Positions 41,634 to 51,232 are shown, numbered from the stretch's first letter. The stretch: 64,000 bases of DNA from Polyangiaceae bacterium (GCA_035063585.1 JAPSGB010000003.1:128001-192000); one strand, 5' to 3'. The notes: generated by a model from the sequence alone, not told the origin. Numbers and translations are program-made.

Positions 41634-43427
41634 ATGGCTCGCGACTCGAATATCCCGCTCTTCCTGTGGATCACCACAGCGGCGCTCGCGCACATCGCGT
41701 GGGGCGGCGGGGCCGAGCGCGTGTCGAACCTCATCGAGCAGCAGCTCGACATCCGGCGCTTCGCGCTCACCGTGCAGGCGAAGGTGCGCGGACAGTCGAG
41801 CGCCTTCGAGGTCGCGCTGGTGGACGAGCCGAGCAAGCCCTCCGAGGAGCCGGGCGAGGCGCCGGATCCTTCGGCGTCTCCCGACCGCTCCGCCGAAGAG
41901 ACGCAGCCGAGCCGTCCGGTGAGCGAGCCGGCGAAGCGTCCCGATGAGCCGGCGAAGCAGCCGGCGCCCGAGCCGACGCCGCCCGAGCCGCCGAAGGCGG
42001 TCGCGCTCCCCGAGGTCGCGCCGCCCAAGATCGCGCCCGAGAAACAGCCGGCGGAGCCCGAGAAGGCGCTCGAGTTGCCGAAGAGCCAGGGCCGGATCGC
42101 GGTGAAGCAGCACGTCGAGCCGAACCAGGAGGACAACCCCGAGGCGCGCTTCATTGGCAACGAGGCGAACCGGACGAAAGAGGAGACGCAGGCGCGCATC
42201 ACCTCGACCGATCAGAACGACAAGGAGCCGACGCCGGGCGGGAACCACGCGGGACCGACCGCCGACCCCGGAGACGCCGACCACGACAAGATCGCGCAGT
42301 CGGAGGATCGCCCCGGTGAGCAGGATCGCGCGCCGTCGGCGTCGCCGGAGCCGGAGCGGCCGAGGGTCGCGGCGGCCGGCGCGCCGCCCGTGGCCCCCAC
42401 GCCCCCCGGCACACCGTCGGCCGCCGCAGAGGACGCCAAGCGGGGCGCGGCGAGCGGCGCGGACAGCTCCAAGGCGCGCTCGACCGCGCCAGCGAGCCCG
42501 AGCGAGCAGGCCCAGCGCGCCGAGGCGGGGCGCGAGGCCGCGCCGGACACCGTGAACGCGCCGGGGGGGAGCCCCGGCGTCGCCGAGCGCCAGCGCGCGC
42601 GCGCCGCGTCCGAGGCCCGTCCGGCGAAGCGCAAGCGGCTGCCGCCGCCGCGCGGCGCTCGGGCGGGGGACTGGCTCGGTCTCGGCGCGCCGGGCACGAC
42701 CCGGGGCGGGGTGAACCTCAACCTGACGCCCGGAGCGGCGCTCGCCGCGGTCGGCAAGGAGAAGCTGCGCGACGAGCTCCGGCGTGACGGCGAGCGCCGC
42801 CGGAGCGCGCACCTCGGCTCGTGGAGATCGACCGGGATCGAGCGTTGGCGCGCGTCCATCGAGAATTACGTCCCGAGCGTGAAGCCCGGCAATCAGACCG
42901 CGCTCAACACCGCGCGCGTTCCGTTCGCGAACTACCTGAACGAGATCCACAACCGGCTGCATCCGGTCTTCGCCGACGCGTTCCTCGCCTCGCTCGACGC
43001 CCTGCCGGACTCGAGCCCGATGAACCGCCCGGACATGAGCACCAACCTCGAGATCGTGGTGAGCCAAGATGACGGCCGCATCGTCCGCATGGGCGTCACC
43101 AAGACGAGCGGGGTCACCGCGTTCGACATCGGCGCGCTCGAGTCCGTGCAGCGCGCGTCTCCGTTCGGCACGCCGCCGCGCGAGATCATCTCGCCGGACG
43201 GGAACGTCTACCTGCACTGGGAGTTCTACCGAAACCCCTACTACGCCTGCTCCACCTACTTCGCGCATCCGTTTCTCTTGAAGGTCGCGCCCGAGACGGC
43301 CCCGCCCGGGGTCACCCCGCCGCCGGCGCGCCCGTACGACCCGAGAGAGCCGCCCTCCAAGGATCAGCGCCGCGGCGCGCTCGAGCGCTCGCGCCCGCGC
43401 GTGGCGCTCTCCGAGCGAACGCGTTAG
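41634..43427 (+). CDS. TonB/TolA-like energy transducer (N-terminal TM with His, Pro-rich linker, TonB C-terminal-like domain)
   Basis: TM 'LFLWITTAALAHIAW', long P/E/K-rich linker, C-terminal 'FANYLNEIHNRLH...DGRIVRMGVTKTSGVTAFDIGALESVQRASPFGTPP'. Confidence 0.75.
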   Translation: MARDSNIPLFLWITTAALAHIAWGGGAERVSNLIEQQLDIRRFALTVQAKVRGQSSAFEVALVDEPSKPSEEPGEAPDPSASPDRSAEETQPSRPVSEPAKRPDEPAKQPAPEPTPPEPPKAVALPEVAPPKIAPEKQPAEPEKALELPKSQGRIAVKQHVEPNQEDNPEARFIGNEANRTKEETQARITSTDQNDKEPTPGGNHAGPTADPGDADHDKIAQSEDRPGEQDRAPSASPEPERPRVAAAGAPPVAPTPPGTPSAAAEDAKRGAASGADSSKARSTAPASPSEQAQRAEAGREAAPDTVNAPGGSPGVAERQRARAASEARPAKRKRLPPPRGARAGDWLGLGAPGTTRGGVNLNLTPGAALAAVGKEKLRDELRRDGERRRSAHLGSWRSTGIERWRASIENYVPSVKPGNQTALNTARVPFANYLNEIHNRLHPVFADAFLASLDALPDSSPMNRPDMSTNLEIVVSQDDGRIVRMGVTKTSGVTAFDIGALESVQRASPFGTPPREIISPDGNVYLHWEFYRNPYYACSTYFAHPFLLKVAPETAPPGVTPPPARPYDPREPPSKDQRRGALERSRPRVALSERTR

Positions 43428-43442
43428 CGGCAAGGAGACAGC

Positions 43443-44543
43443 GTGACGACCTCGGAGTCCCGCGCCGAAGCGCCGGGTGAGCCCCCGGCGTCGCTCCCTG
43501 CCTCGCGCGAGCTGGGCGTCGCCGGGCTCCGTCCGGTGGTGCCGAGGGTGCTCGCCGTGATGGCGCTCCTCGCCTGGGTGAGCGCGCGCGGCATCGCGCC
43601 GGCGCTGCCCGGCTCGAGCGCGGGCCTGGCGCGGTGGATCGCTCTCGGCGATCGCGTCGCAGCGCTCCTCTCGCAGCTCGTGGTGCTGATCGGCTCGCTC
43701 GTCGCGTTCCGGCTCATCGTGGGCACCCTCCGCGAGCATCGGCTCGGGGTGGTCTACCGCCTAGCGGCGGTCCCCATCGGCGCCGGCGTGCTCACGCTCA
43801 TCATGGCCTCGGCGTCACGCGAGCAAGACGCGCCGCTGCTCTTCCTCCTGGCGGTGGCGAGCGCGCTGCTCGCGCTCGCGGCGGCGCCGCTCGCGCTCGC
43901 GGACGCGCGGTCGCGAGCGCTCGGGCTCACCCTCGCGCTCGCCGGGCTCGCCGCGTTCCTTCACGTCTTCTCGCGGGCGATCGCGATCCACGCGAGCAGC
44001 CAGGCGCTCGCCTCGCTCTATCGGACGTCGCGGGTGGTCGCGACCGTCGCGCTCGGGGCGGACGTCGTCATGCTCGTGGTGGTCGCCGCGTGGCTGGTCG
44101 CGCCGCGGCGCCTGCGCGGCGCAGCGGTGCTCGGCGCGGGGCTCGCGCTCGCGGCGCTGATCGTCTGGGGCGCCGCGCGCGGCTCCGGGCTCGACGCGCC
44201 GCTCTGGGAGGTCATCGCCGCGCGCTCGCTCTCGGATCTGGCTCGGGCCCCGGCGCCGCTCGTCGCAACCTGGGTCTCCGCCTTCCTGGAGCTGGCCGTC
44301 ATGGTGGTCGCGCTCGGGGCCGTGCTCTTCCCGGGCCGGGTCGCGGCCGTCGGGGCGGCGATGGCCCTCGCCCTGCTCGCCCGGTCGTCGGCCGACGTCC
44401 CGGCCTTGGCGCTCTGCCTCCTCGTAGCGGCGATGATGGGCGCGCTCCTCTCGGGCGAGGAAGGTAGGCTGCGCGGCCGGGGAGATCGTGATAGGCTCGA
44501 CCCTGCTCGACCGAACTTGGCACCCGAGAAGCGACCAGGATGA
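43443..44543 (+). CDS. Hypothetical polytopic membrane protein
   Basis: About 10 hydrophobic segments; 15 bp after the TonB-like gene; stop overlaps the next start. No recognised motif. Confidence 0.65.
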   Translation: MTTSESRAEAPGEPPASLPASRELGVAGLRPVVPRVLAVMALLAWVSARGIAPALPGSSAGLARWIALGDRVAALLSQLVVLIGSLVAFRLIVGTLREHRLGVVYRLAAVPIGAGVLTLIMASASREQDAPLLFLLAVASALLALAAAPLALADARSRALGLTLALAGLAAFLHVFSRAIAIHASSQALASLYRTSRVVATVALGADVVMLVVVAAWLVAPRRLRGAAVLGAGLALAALIVWGAARGSGLDAPLWEVIAARSLSDLARAPAPLVATWVSAFLELAVMVVALGAVLFPGRVAAVGAAMALALLARSSADVPALALCLLVAAMMGALLSGEEGRLRGRGDRDRLDPARPNLAPEKRPG

Positions 44544-44983
44544 CTGCGCCCTACCGAGTGCTCGTGGTCGAGGACGACCCGCTGTTCGCCCGGACGCTCG
44601 CGCGCGTGCTCGCCCATCGTGGCATGGTGCCCACGGTGGCCACCTGTAGCGCGGACGCGGAGCGTGCTGGCGCGGGGTTCGACGTCGGCGTGTTCGACAT
44701 CGATCTGCCGGACGCGAGCGGGGTCGAGCTCGCGCGCAAGCTGCTCGCGCAGGGCGCGGTCGCCTGCGCGGTGTTCCACAGCGCCACGACGTCCGAGGCG
44801 GTGCAGCTCGAGGCGTCGGAGCTCGGCAGCTTCTGCCACAAGGGCAAAGGGCTCCACGCGCTCCATAAGATGATGCTCGACGCCATCTCGGACTCCGAGA
44901 CGGCGCGTCGCGCGGTGGGCGCGCCCGATGATCTCGGTGACGCCACCCGCTTCCGCTCCGGGAAGCGACCGAAGCTCATCTGA
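44540..44983 (+). CDS. Single-domain response regulator (receiver)
   Basis: 'VLVVEDD', phosphoacceptor 'FDIDLPDASG', 'FHSA', 'FCHK'. Confidence 0.85.
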   Translation: MTAPYRVLVVEDDPLFARTLARVLAHRGMVPTVATCSADAERAGAGFDVGVFDIDLPDASGVELARKLLAQGAVACAVFHSATTSEAVQLEASELGSFCHKGKGLHALHKMMLDAISDSETARRAVGAPDDLGDATRFRSGKRPKLI

Positions 44984-45104
44984 GCGGCGCGTCTGGTCAG
45001 CGCTCGCAGAGGAAGCCCGCGAGCGGGATCGCGAAGCAGACGGCCGTGAACAGGACCCACGGCCACCAGCGCTCGATGAGCTGCGTCGTCATCGGCTGCC
45101 GGTG

Positions 45105-46019
45105 CTACGAGCCCCCGCTCGGGAGCAAGACGCCGGCGACCAGCGCCGCCGAGACGAGCACCAGGTACGGCATCGACGCGATGAACAGGCTACGCGCCCA
45201 CGGAGTGCCCGCGTCGGGGGCGAGCCCGCGCACGGCCCAGACGAGGAAGCCCACCCCGAGGACGAGCGCGGAGACGAGGTAGACGAAGCCGCCGAGCCCC
45301 GTGAGGAACGGCAGCACGCTGCACGCGAGCTGGAGCACGCTATAAAAGACCGCCTCGCGCTTCGCGGCGCGCATTCCCTTGACGACCGGCAGCACGCGGA
45401 GCCCCGCCGCCGCGTAGTCCTCGCGGCGGAACATCGCGATGGCGAGGAAATGCGGCAGCTGCCACACGAAGAGGAGGAGAAAGATGGACCAGGCTCGGGC
45501 GTCGAGCGTCCCGGTGACGGCCGCCCAGCCGATGAGCGGCGGGATCGCGCCGGGTATCGCGCCGACGTGCAGCGCCCAGGGCGTCACCCGCTTGAGGGGC
45601 GTGTAGCAGAGGACGTAGCTGATGAGCGCGGTCGCGGCGAGCAGCCCGGTGAGCGGGTTCACCCCGAAGGTCAGGATGGGCAGCGAGACGAGCGCCTGCC
45701 CCACGCCGAACCAGAGCGCCGTGCTCGGCGCGAGGCGTCCGGAGGGCAGCGGGCGCGTGCGCGTCCGGGCCATGGCGCGGTCCGAGTCGCGCTCGAGGTA
45801 CATGTTGAGCGTGTTGGCCGAGCCGACGATGAGCGCCGTGCCGAACATCGCGACCAGGAACCGGACCCACGTCACGTGGCCGGGCGCCGCGAGCGCGCCA
45901 CACACCGCCATCGCGAGCACCAGCCGTGTCACGCCCGGCTTGGTGAGCTCGATGAGCGCGCGTGCGCTCCCGCCGAGGTCGCGCGAGGTGTCGTCGATCG
46001 TCTCCGCCGTGCTGCTCAT
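45105..46019 (-). CDS. cyoE: Protohaem IX farnesyltransferase (haem o synthase)
   Basis: 'LTKPG', 'NMYLERDSDRAMARTRTRPLPSG', 'YTPLKR', 'GAIPGAIPPLIGW', 'WQLPHF'. Confidence 0.96.
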   Translation of the reverse strand: MSSTAETIDDTSRDLGGSARALIELTKPGVTRLVLAMAVCGALAAPGHVTWVRFLVAMFGTALIVGSANTLNMYLERDSDRAMARTRTRPLPSGRLAPSTALWFGVGQALVSLPILTFGVNPLTGLLAATALISYVLCYTPLKRVTPWALHVGAIPGAIPPLIGWAAVTGTLDARAWSIFLLLFVWQLPHFLAIAMFRREDYAAAGLRVLPVVKGMRAAKREAVFYSVLQLACSVLPFLTGLGGFVYLVSALVLGVGFLVWAVRGLAPDAGTPWARSLFIASMPYLVLVSAALVAGVLLPSGGS

Positions 46020-46131
46020 CCGTGGCGCCTGGGGCAAGGCGGAGCTGGAGCCTCGGCTCCGCGTCCACCATCGGCGATATAGTGCATCGCCCGCGCCCTG
46101 GCCAATGTGAAATCCCGCGCGGGCGCGCGCG

Positions 46132-47337
46132 TCAGCCGCGCTCGGCGCGCGCGACCGCGTTCGCCAGGGCGGCGAGCGCTTCGCGAATCGTCTCCTCGCT
46201 CGTCGCGTAGCTATAGCGAACGTGGCCCGGCGCGCCGAACGCCTCGCCGGCGACCGCCGCGATGCCGCACACGTCGAGTTGCCAGAGGGAGACGTCGTTC
46301 GCGCTCGCGACTCGCTTGTCGCCGTGGCGGATGCCGTAAAGCCCCGTCACGTCCGGGAACGCATAAAATGCGCCGCGCGGCACCTCGCAGCGCACGCCCG
46401 GGATGGCGTTCAAGCCGTCGACCATGACCTTGCGCCGAGACGCGAAGGCGTCCCGCATGCGCCGGACGTCGTCGCGCGGCCCGAGCAGCGCCGCCTCCGC
46501 CGCCGCCTGCGCCACCGCGGTCGGGTTGGTGGTCGACTGACCTTGCACCTTCGCGAGCGCCTTGGTCACCGCGGGTGGCGCGATCGACCAGCCGATGCGC
46601 CAGCCGGTCATCGCGTAGGTCTTGCTGACGCCGTCCACCACGATGAGCCGCTCGGCCAGCTCGGGCGCGAGCTGGCCGAGCGAGACGTACTCGAAGCCGT
46701 CGTAGACGAGCTCGCCGTAGATCTCATCGGTGATGATGTAAGCGTCCGTCTCGTTCGCGAGCACGTCGGCGAGCGCCCGGAGCTCGCGCGCATCGTACGC
46801 GGCCCCGGTCGGATTCGACGGGGAGCACAGGATCACCGCCTTGGTCTTCGGACCGAGCGCGGCTCGGAGCGCGTCCGGGGTCATCCTCCAGCCGTCCTCC
46901 GCGCGCGTCTCGACGATGCGCGGTACGCCGCCGAAGAGCCGGACCTGCTCCGGGTAGCTCACCCAGTAGGGCGCGGGGATCACCACCTCGTCGCCCGGCT
47001 CGCAGAGCACCATGGCGAGGTTGAAGAGCGCGTGCTTCGCGCCCACGCTCACCGTCACGAGGTCCGGCGACGGAGTCCAGCCGCGATCTCGGGTGGTCGC
47101 GGCGCAGATCGCCGCCTTCAGCGAGGCGGTGCCGGTCACGGGCGTGTAGTGCGAGCTCTTGGCGATCGCCGCCGCCGCCGCCTCGCGGACGAGCTCCGGC
47201 GTCAGGAAATCAGGCTCGCCGACCCCGAACGCGTAGACCTTGCGGCCGGTGGCCCTGAGCTCGGCGGCCTTCTGGGTCATGGCGAGCGTCGCGCTCGGCT
47301 GAACCGCGTCGAGACGGGATGCGAGTCGTCGAGTCAT
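46132..47337 (-). CDS. PLP-dependent class I aminotransferase (aspartate aminotransferase-like)
   Basis: 'GVGEPDF', 'PYWVSYPE', 'SPSNPTG', 'DEIY', 'GVSKTYAMTGWRIG'. Confidence 0.93.
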   Translation of the reverse strand: MTRRLASRLDAVQPSATLAMTQKAAELRATGRKVYAFGVGEPDFLTPELVREAAAAAIAKSSHYTPVTGTASLKAAICAATTRDRGWTPSPDLVTVSVGAKHALFNLAMVLCEPGDEVVIPAPYWVSYPEQVRLFGGVPRIVETRAEDGWRMTPDALRAALGPKTKAVILCSPSNPTGAAYDARELRALADVLANETDAYIITDEIYGELVYDGFEYVSLGQLAPELAERLIVVDGVSKTYAMTGWRIGWSIAPPAVTKALAKVQGQSTTNPTAVAQAAAEAALLGPRDDVRRMRDAFASRRKVMVDGLNAIPGVRCEVPRGAFYAFPDVTGLYGIRHGDKRVASANDVSLWQLDVCGIAAVAGEAFGAPGHVRYSYATSEETIREALAALANAVARAERG

Positions 47338-47340
47338 GGC

Positions 47341-47691
47341 TCAGGACCTCGACTTCTTTCGCGGGGCGGGCCGCGCCGCTTCCTCGCCGTCCTCGTCGTC
47401 GTCGTCCGCTTCATCATCGTCGTCCTCGTCGTCCTCGTCTTCGACGCGGGGGCGCCGCTTCGCGGGGAGCCGCTTCGGATCCTTGCGGGGCTTTCCCGCG
47501 ACGCGTTTACGCTGCACCTCGCGGTCATCCTCGTCGTCCTCATCTTCGTCGTCGCCGTCGCTGGCGATGCCCTTCTTGAAGTTGCGGATGCCTTCACCGA
47601 GCCCCTTTCCGATCTCGGAGAGGCGCCCTGCGCCGAACAGCAGGAGGACGATGAGCGCGATGAGGACGATTTGCCACGGGCCGACGGACAT
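47341..47691 (-). CDS. tatA: Twin-arginine translocase subunit TatA with long charged tail
   Basis: 'GPWQIVLIALIVLLLFGAGRLSEIGKGLGEGIRNFKKG'. Confidence 0.93.
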   Translation of the reverse strand: MSVGPWQIVLIALIVLLLFGAGRLSEIGKGLGEGIRNFKKGIASDGDDEDEDDEDDREVQRKRVAGKPRKDPKRLPAKRRPRVEDEDDEDDDDEADDDDEDGEEAARPAPRKKSRS

Positions 47692-47715
47692 ACGAGCGCT
47701 TCCTTTTCTCGCGCG

Positions 47716-47744
47716 TCCCTAACATCGGGGCTCGCGTCCGGCAA
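47716..47744 (-). promoter_or_regulatory. Candidate sigma70 promoter for tatA-aminotransferase
   Basis: Minus strand TTGCCG-N17-TAGGGA with extended -10 TG, 24 bp upstream of tatA. Confidence 0.35.
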
Positions 47745-47905
47745 CGCGTGCGCGGCGCGCGGACCCGCGACTCCCCGCGGTGTTCGAGCGCGGCGCGCGC
47801 GGTGGCCGCCTGCACTTTCCACCTCGCGGCGAGCGGCGTCCTGGCGACTGGCCTGCCGGCGCCGGTCGAGCGCCGGTCGCGGCGAGGGGGAGGGGCCAGG
47901 GGGGT

Positions 47906-47985
47906 CGGCCCGGCGCGGAACCCCGCGGCGCGGCGCCGGGTGAAGCTCTGTGCAGTAGCGGCCCGCCTGGTTCCGCGCCGGGCCG
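47906..47985. repeat. 17-bp perfect inverted repeat with 46-bp spacer; arms match a dispersed intergenic motif
   Basis: CGGCCCGGCGCGGAACC (47906-47922) and GGTTCCGCGCCGGGCCG (47969-47985). Confidence 0.85.
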
Positions 47986-48118
47986 GCATTCCCAAGAAAA
48001 ATTGCGATTCGAGGGCGGAGGAGCGGGTCCCGTCGGGAGGGCTTCCCCGGCCCGGGAGGGATGGTGGTATGCTCGCGCAGCCGGTCGCGGGTCGACCGCG
48101 CTCCGCTTGGGAGGCTTC

Positions 48119-48778
48119 ATGCGTTCGTTCGTCTCGTTGCCAGTCGCCGCTGTCTTCTTCGGCTCGCTCCTCACGCCCGCCTTGGCGTTCGCGGATCCGG
48201 TGTCGCCGACCGGCAAGGGAATCACCGGAGGCGCGCTGCTCGGCGGTGAGGTCGTGATGCTGACCGAGGCCGCGGCCGGGGTGAAGCCGGCATGGGCGTA
48301 CGCGGTCGGCGGGGTGGTGGGCGCGGCGGGTGGCGGGGTCGGCGGTTACTTCGCCGAGCAGGGTGGCTCCGCGAAGCTCCCACTCTATCTGCTCGCGGGG
48401 GGGATGGCGCTGGTCATCCCCACCACCGTCGCGGTGCTGAGCGCGACCGCGTATACGCCCCCTGCCGACTACACCGAGGATCGCGGCCCGAGCGACGAGC
48501 CCGTGGCGGAGCCGGCTGCGCCCGCCGCCGCTCCCACCTCGTCGCGGGAGCGCCCGCGTCACCGCGCGGTCGCGCGCCGCGCGCCGCGGCTCGAGGCGCC
48601 GCTCGCGCTCTACCAGCCGGTGGTGCCGCCCGCTCTGCTCGGATATGGCGAGCGCGGCCTCACGCTGAGCGTCCCCGCGGTCGAGGTAGGACAAGTCTAC
48701 ACACGCGCCGAGCTCGCGACGTTCGGCGTGAAGCAGGCGGCCGAGCTTCGCGTCCCGGTGTTCGACGTCGTCTTCTGA
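48119..48778 (+). CDS. Secreted/membrane hypothetical protein with Gly-rich helices and C-terminal Phe
   Basis: GGAGG RBS, signal peptide ending AFA, glycine-zipper-like 'GGVVGAAGGGVGG', ends 'ELRVPVFDVVF'. Confidence 0.7.
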   Translation: MRSFVSLPVAAVFFGSLLTPALAFADPVSPTGKGITGGALLGGEVVMLTEAAAGVKPAWAYAVGGVVGAAGGGVGGYFAEQGGSAKLPLYLLAGGMALVIPTTVAVLSATAYTPPADYTEDRGPSDEPVAEPAAPAAAPTSSRERPRHRAVARRAPRLEAPLALYQPVVPPALLGYGERGLTLSVPAVEVGQVYTRAELATFGVKQAAELRVPVFDVVF

Positions 48779-48940
48779 TACGCGGGCGGCGGGGAGGTGA
48801 GCTTCGGCGCGGCGCGGCGCCGCGCGGTTCGGCGAGGCTGCCCGCGTTCGTCGCGAAACGCTGTACGCGCCGAAGAGGCTTGGCGTATGATGCTGAAGTC
48901 GCGGTTCTTATTTCCATCATGACCGCGCCATCCAGCTAAA

Positions 48941-50695
48941 ATGGCAGAACCGTCGCCGCCGAAACCGAACAGTCCCCGGTCCAAGTCGGGGGAGGATCCC
49001 GCGCTCGGCAAGGTCATCGCGGGGCGCTATCGCCTCGAGGCTCGCATCGGCGAGGGCGGCATGGGCATCGTATATCGAGCCCGCCACGTGCTCATCGATC
49101 GGGTCGTGGCCGTGAAGCTCATTCGCCCGGATCTCCGCGGCGAGACGCACCTGCGCGCGTGGATGCTGCGTGAGGCGCGCGCTGCCAACCGGGTCGATCA
49201 CGCGCACATCATCGATATCCACGACATCGGAGAGACCGACGAGGGCGAGCTCTACCTGGTCATGGAATACCTGATCGGGACGCCGCTCTCCTCGGAGCTG
49301 GCGCGTGGGCCCATGCCGATCCAGCGCGGCGTGGACATCCTCGAGCAGATGGGCGCGGCGCTCGCCCGCGCGCACGACCTCGGCGTGGTGCACCGCGATC
49401 TGAAGAGCGACAACATCCTCCTCACCGCGCGCGGCGGCCGGAAGGATTTCGTCAAGGTCTTGGATTTCGGGCTCGCCGCGCTGGCTCACGATCCGCGCCT
49501 CGCCCCGAAGGGCGCGGTGTTCGGCACGCCCGAGTACATGTCCCCCGAGCAAGCGCGCGGGGAGCAAGCCGGCCCGCAGTCGGATCTCTACGCGCTCGGC
49601 GTGCTCTTCTTCGAGATGCTCACCGGGCAGCTCCCGTTCCGCGCCGCCGAACGCGAGACGCTGCTCGAGATGCAGCGCACCGCGCTCGCTCCGCGGCCCA
49701 GCACCATCCGCAAAGATTGCCATCCGGTCGCCGAGCGCATCGTGATGCGGCTCCTCGAGAAGGATCAGCGGAAGCGCTATCGTGACGGGCACCACCTGCT
49801 CGAGGAGTTGAAGGCGCTCCAGCGCTCGCTGCCCGGGGTCTCGTGGGACAAGGAGGGCGGCGGTGAGGTGTCGGCGCCCATCGCGCCGCCGCCGCCGCCG
49901 CCGCCGCGCTCACTCGCGGTGAGCGAGTGGGCCGGTCGGACGGGGCTCTTCGCGCGAATGGTGGCGCGCGCGTATCCCTCGGGGAACGCGCCGCCCGAGA
50001 TCTCCCAGGGGCTCGACAACCTCTGGCAGACCTGCGCGAGCGCGAACGCGCTGGAGGGCGAGATCGCCAGCCACGCGCGCAAGCTCGAGGCGCTCGAGCG
50101 TCGCGGACGCGCGCTCCGCGCCGAGATTGGCCGCAAGGTCGAGGAGCTCGCGCACGAGGAGTCTCGCGCGCTGCGCGACGCGGCAGCCTACGGAGAGGAA
50201 GAGGAGTCGGCGCGGAGAGAGCTGGTGCGCGCGCAGGAACAGGCGCGCGAGCTCACCGCGAAGGCGGACGCCGCCGAGCAAGCCGGCCGCGGGACGCGCA
50301 CCGTCTACGAGCAGGCCGGCGCGGCCCAGGCGATGGCCGAGGCCAAGCGCCAGTGGATGCAGACTCGAGAGGCGCGCCGGGTCGGTCGAGAGGCGACCGC
50401 GCGCGATCTCCGGCGTCAAATCGAGGAGCTGCGTGATCAGCTCGCGCGCTACGCCGAGGCGATGGAGGAGGATCTCGCGTCCGGTCGCGAGAAGGTGGCG
50501 GCGCGCTCGCGAGAGGGCCTCAAGTACGAGAAGTCGTTCCACGAGAGCGCCGCGCTCCTCGGCGCGCACCTCAAGGGTAGGCCCGAGTGCCGGGACCTGA
50601 TGGCGGAGCTCTCGGCGTCGAGCTCCGCCGAACAGCCGACGACCTCGATGGCCGCGAGCATCGTCCGAAGCGGCGCCCTGCCTCGCCCGGCGTGA
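48941..50695 (+). CDS. Ser/Thr protein kinase with C-terminal coiled coil (no TM)
   Basis: 'IGEGGMGIVY', 'VAVK', 'HRDLKSDN', 'DFG', 'GTPEYMSPE'; poly-Pro linker, then a heptad-rich helical tail. Confidence 0.95.
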   Translation: MAEPSPPKPNSPRSKSGEDPALGKVIAGRYRLEARIGEGGMGIVYRARHVLIDRVVAVKLIRPDLRGETHLRAWMLREARAANRVDHAHIIDIHDIGETDEGELYLVMEYLIGTPLSSELARGPMPIQRGVDILEQMGAALARAHDLGVVHRDLKSDNILLTARGGRKDFVKVLDFGLAALAHDPRLAPKGAVFGTPEYMSPEQARGEQAGPQSDLYALGVLFFEMLTGQLPFRAAERETLLEMQRTALAPRPSTIRKDCHPVAERIVMRLLEKDQRKRYRDGHHLLEELKALQRSLPGVSWDKEGGGEVSAPIAPPPPPPPRSLAVSEWAGRTGLFARMVARAYPSGNAPPEISQGLDNLWQTCASANALEGEIASHARKLEALERRGRALRAEIGRKVEELAHEESRALRDAAAYGEEEESARRELVRAQEQARELTAKADAAEQAGRGTRTVYEQAGAAQAMAEAKRQWMQTREARRVGREATARDLRRQIEELRDQLARYAEAMEEDLASGREKVAARSREGLKYEKSFHESAALLGAHLKGRPECRDLMAELSASSSAEQPTTSMAASIVRSGALPRPA

Positions 50696-50707
50696 GCGCG
50701 CGGCGGC

Positions 50708-51232
50708 TCAGCCGGGCAGCTTCGCGCTCAAGAACGAGCGCAGCTTGACCAGCGTCTTCTCGTCGCGGGTGAAGCTCGGTGCCGCGTAGGCGTCGGCCCA
50801 ACTCCTGACCTCTTGCGCGAAGCTCGCGCTCGAGCCCGCGTCGGCCACGACGTCGGCGACGCTGCGCCCTCGCGCGGTGAGCTGATCGAGACCCGCGACG
50901 TAACCCTCGAGCCGAGGGTAGTCGGCCTCCAGAAACTCGCGGATGAGCTCCGCGTCTCGAGCGAGACGACCGACCACTCCGCCGCTCTCCCCGAGCCCGG
51001 CCACGGCGACGCGCAGCACGAAGGCGTCGTCGAGGAGCCCGAGATCCTCGATCCCGTCCGGGATCAAGTCCAGGGACTTGAAGAGATAGTTCAGGGCGCC
51101 GACCGCGCGCCGCCTCACGCTCGCTTCGGTTGCGGGGTCGGCGATGGCGTCGGCGAGCGCGCGGGCGTCGCCGCCGAGGGAATGGAGCCACGACGGGAAG
51201 GCGTCCAGACAGCGATCTTCCAGCTCACCCAT
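50708..51232 (-). CDS. YkvA/DUF1232 family protein
   Basis: 'ALNYLFKSLDLIPDGIEDLGLLDDAFVL' matches the Y..sP.DlIPD....G..DD signature. Confidence 0.8.
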   Translation of the reverse strand: MGELEDRCLDAFPSWLHSLGGDARALADAIADPATEASVRRRAVGALNYLFKSLDLIPDGIEDLGLLDDAFVLRVAVAGLGESGGVVGRLARDAELIREFLEADYPRLEGYVAGLDQLTARGRSVADVVADAGSSASFAQEVRSWADAYAAPSFTRDEKTLVKLRSFLSAKLPG

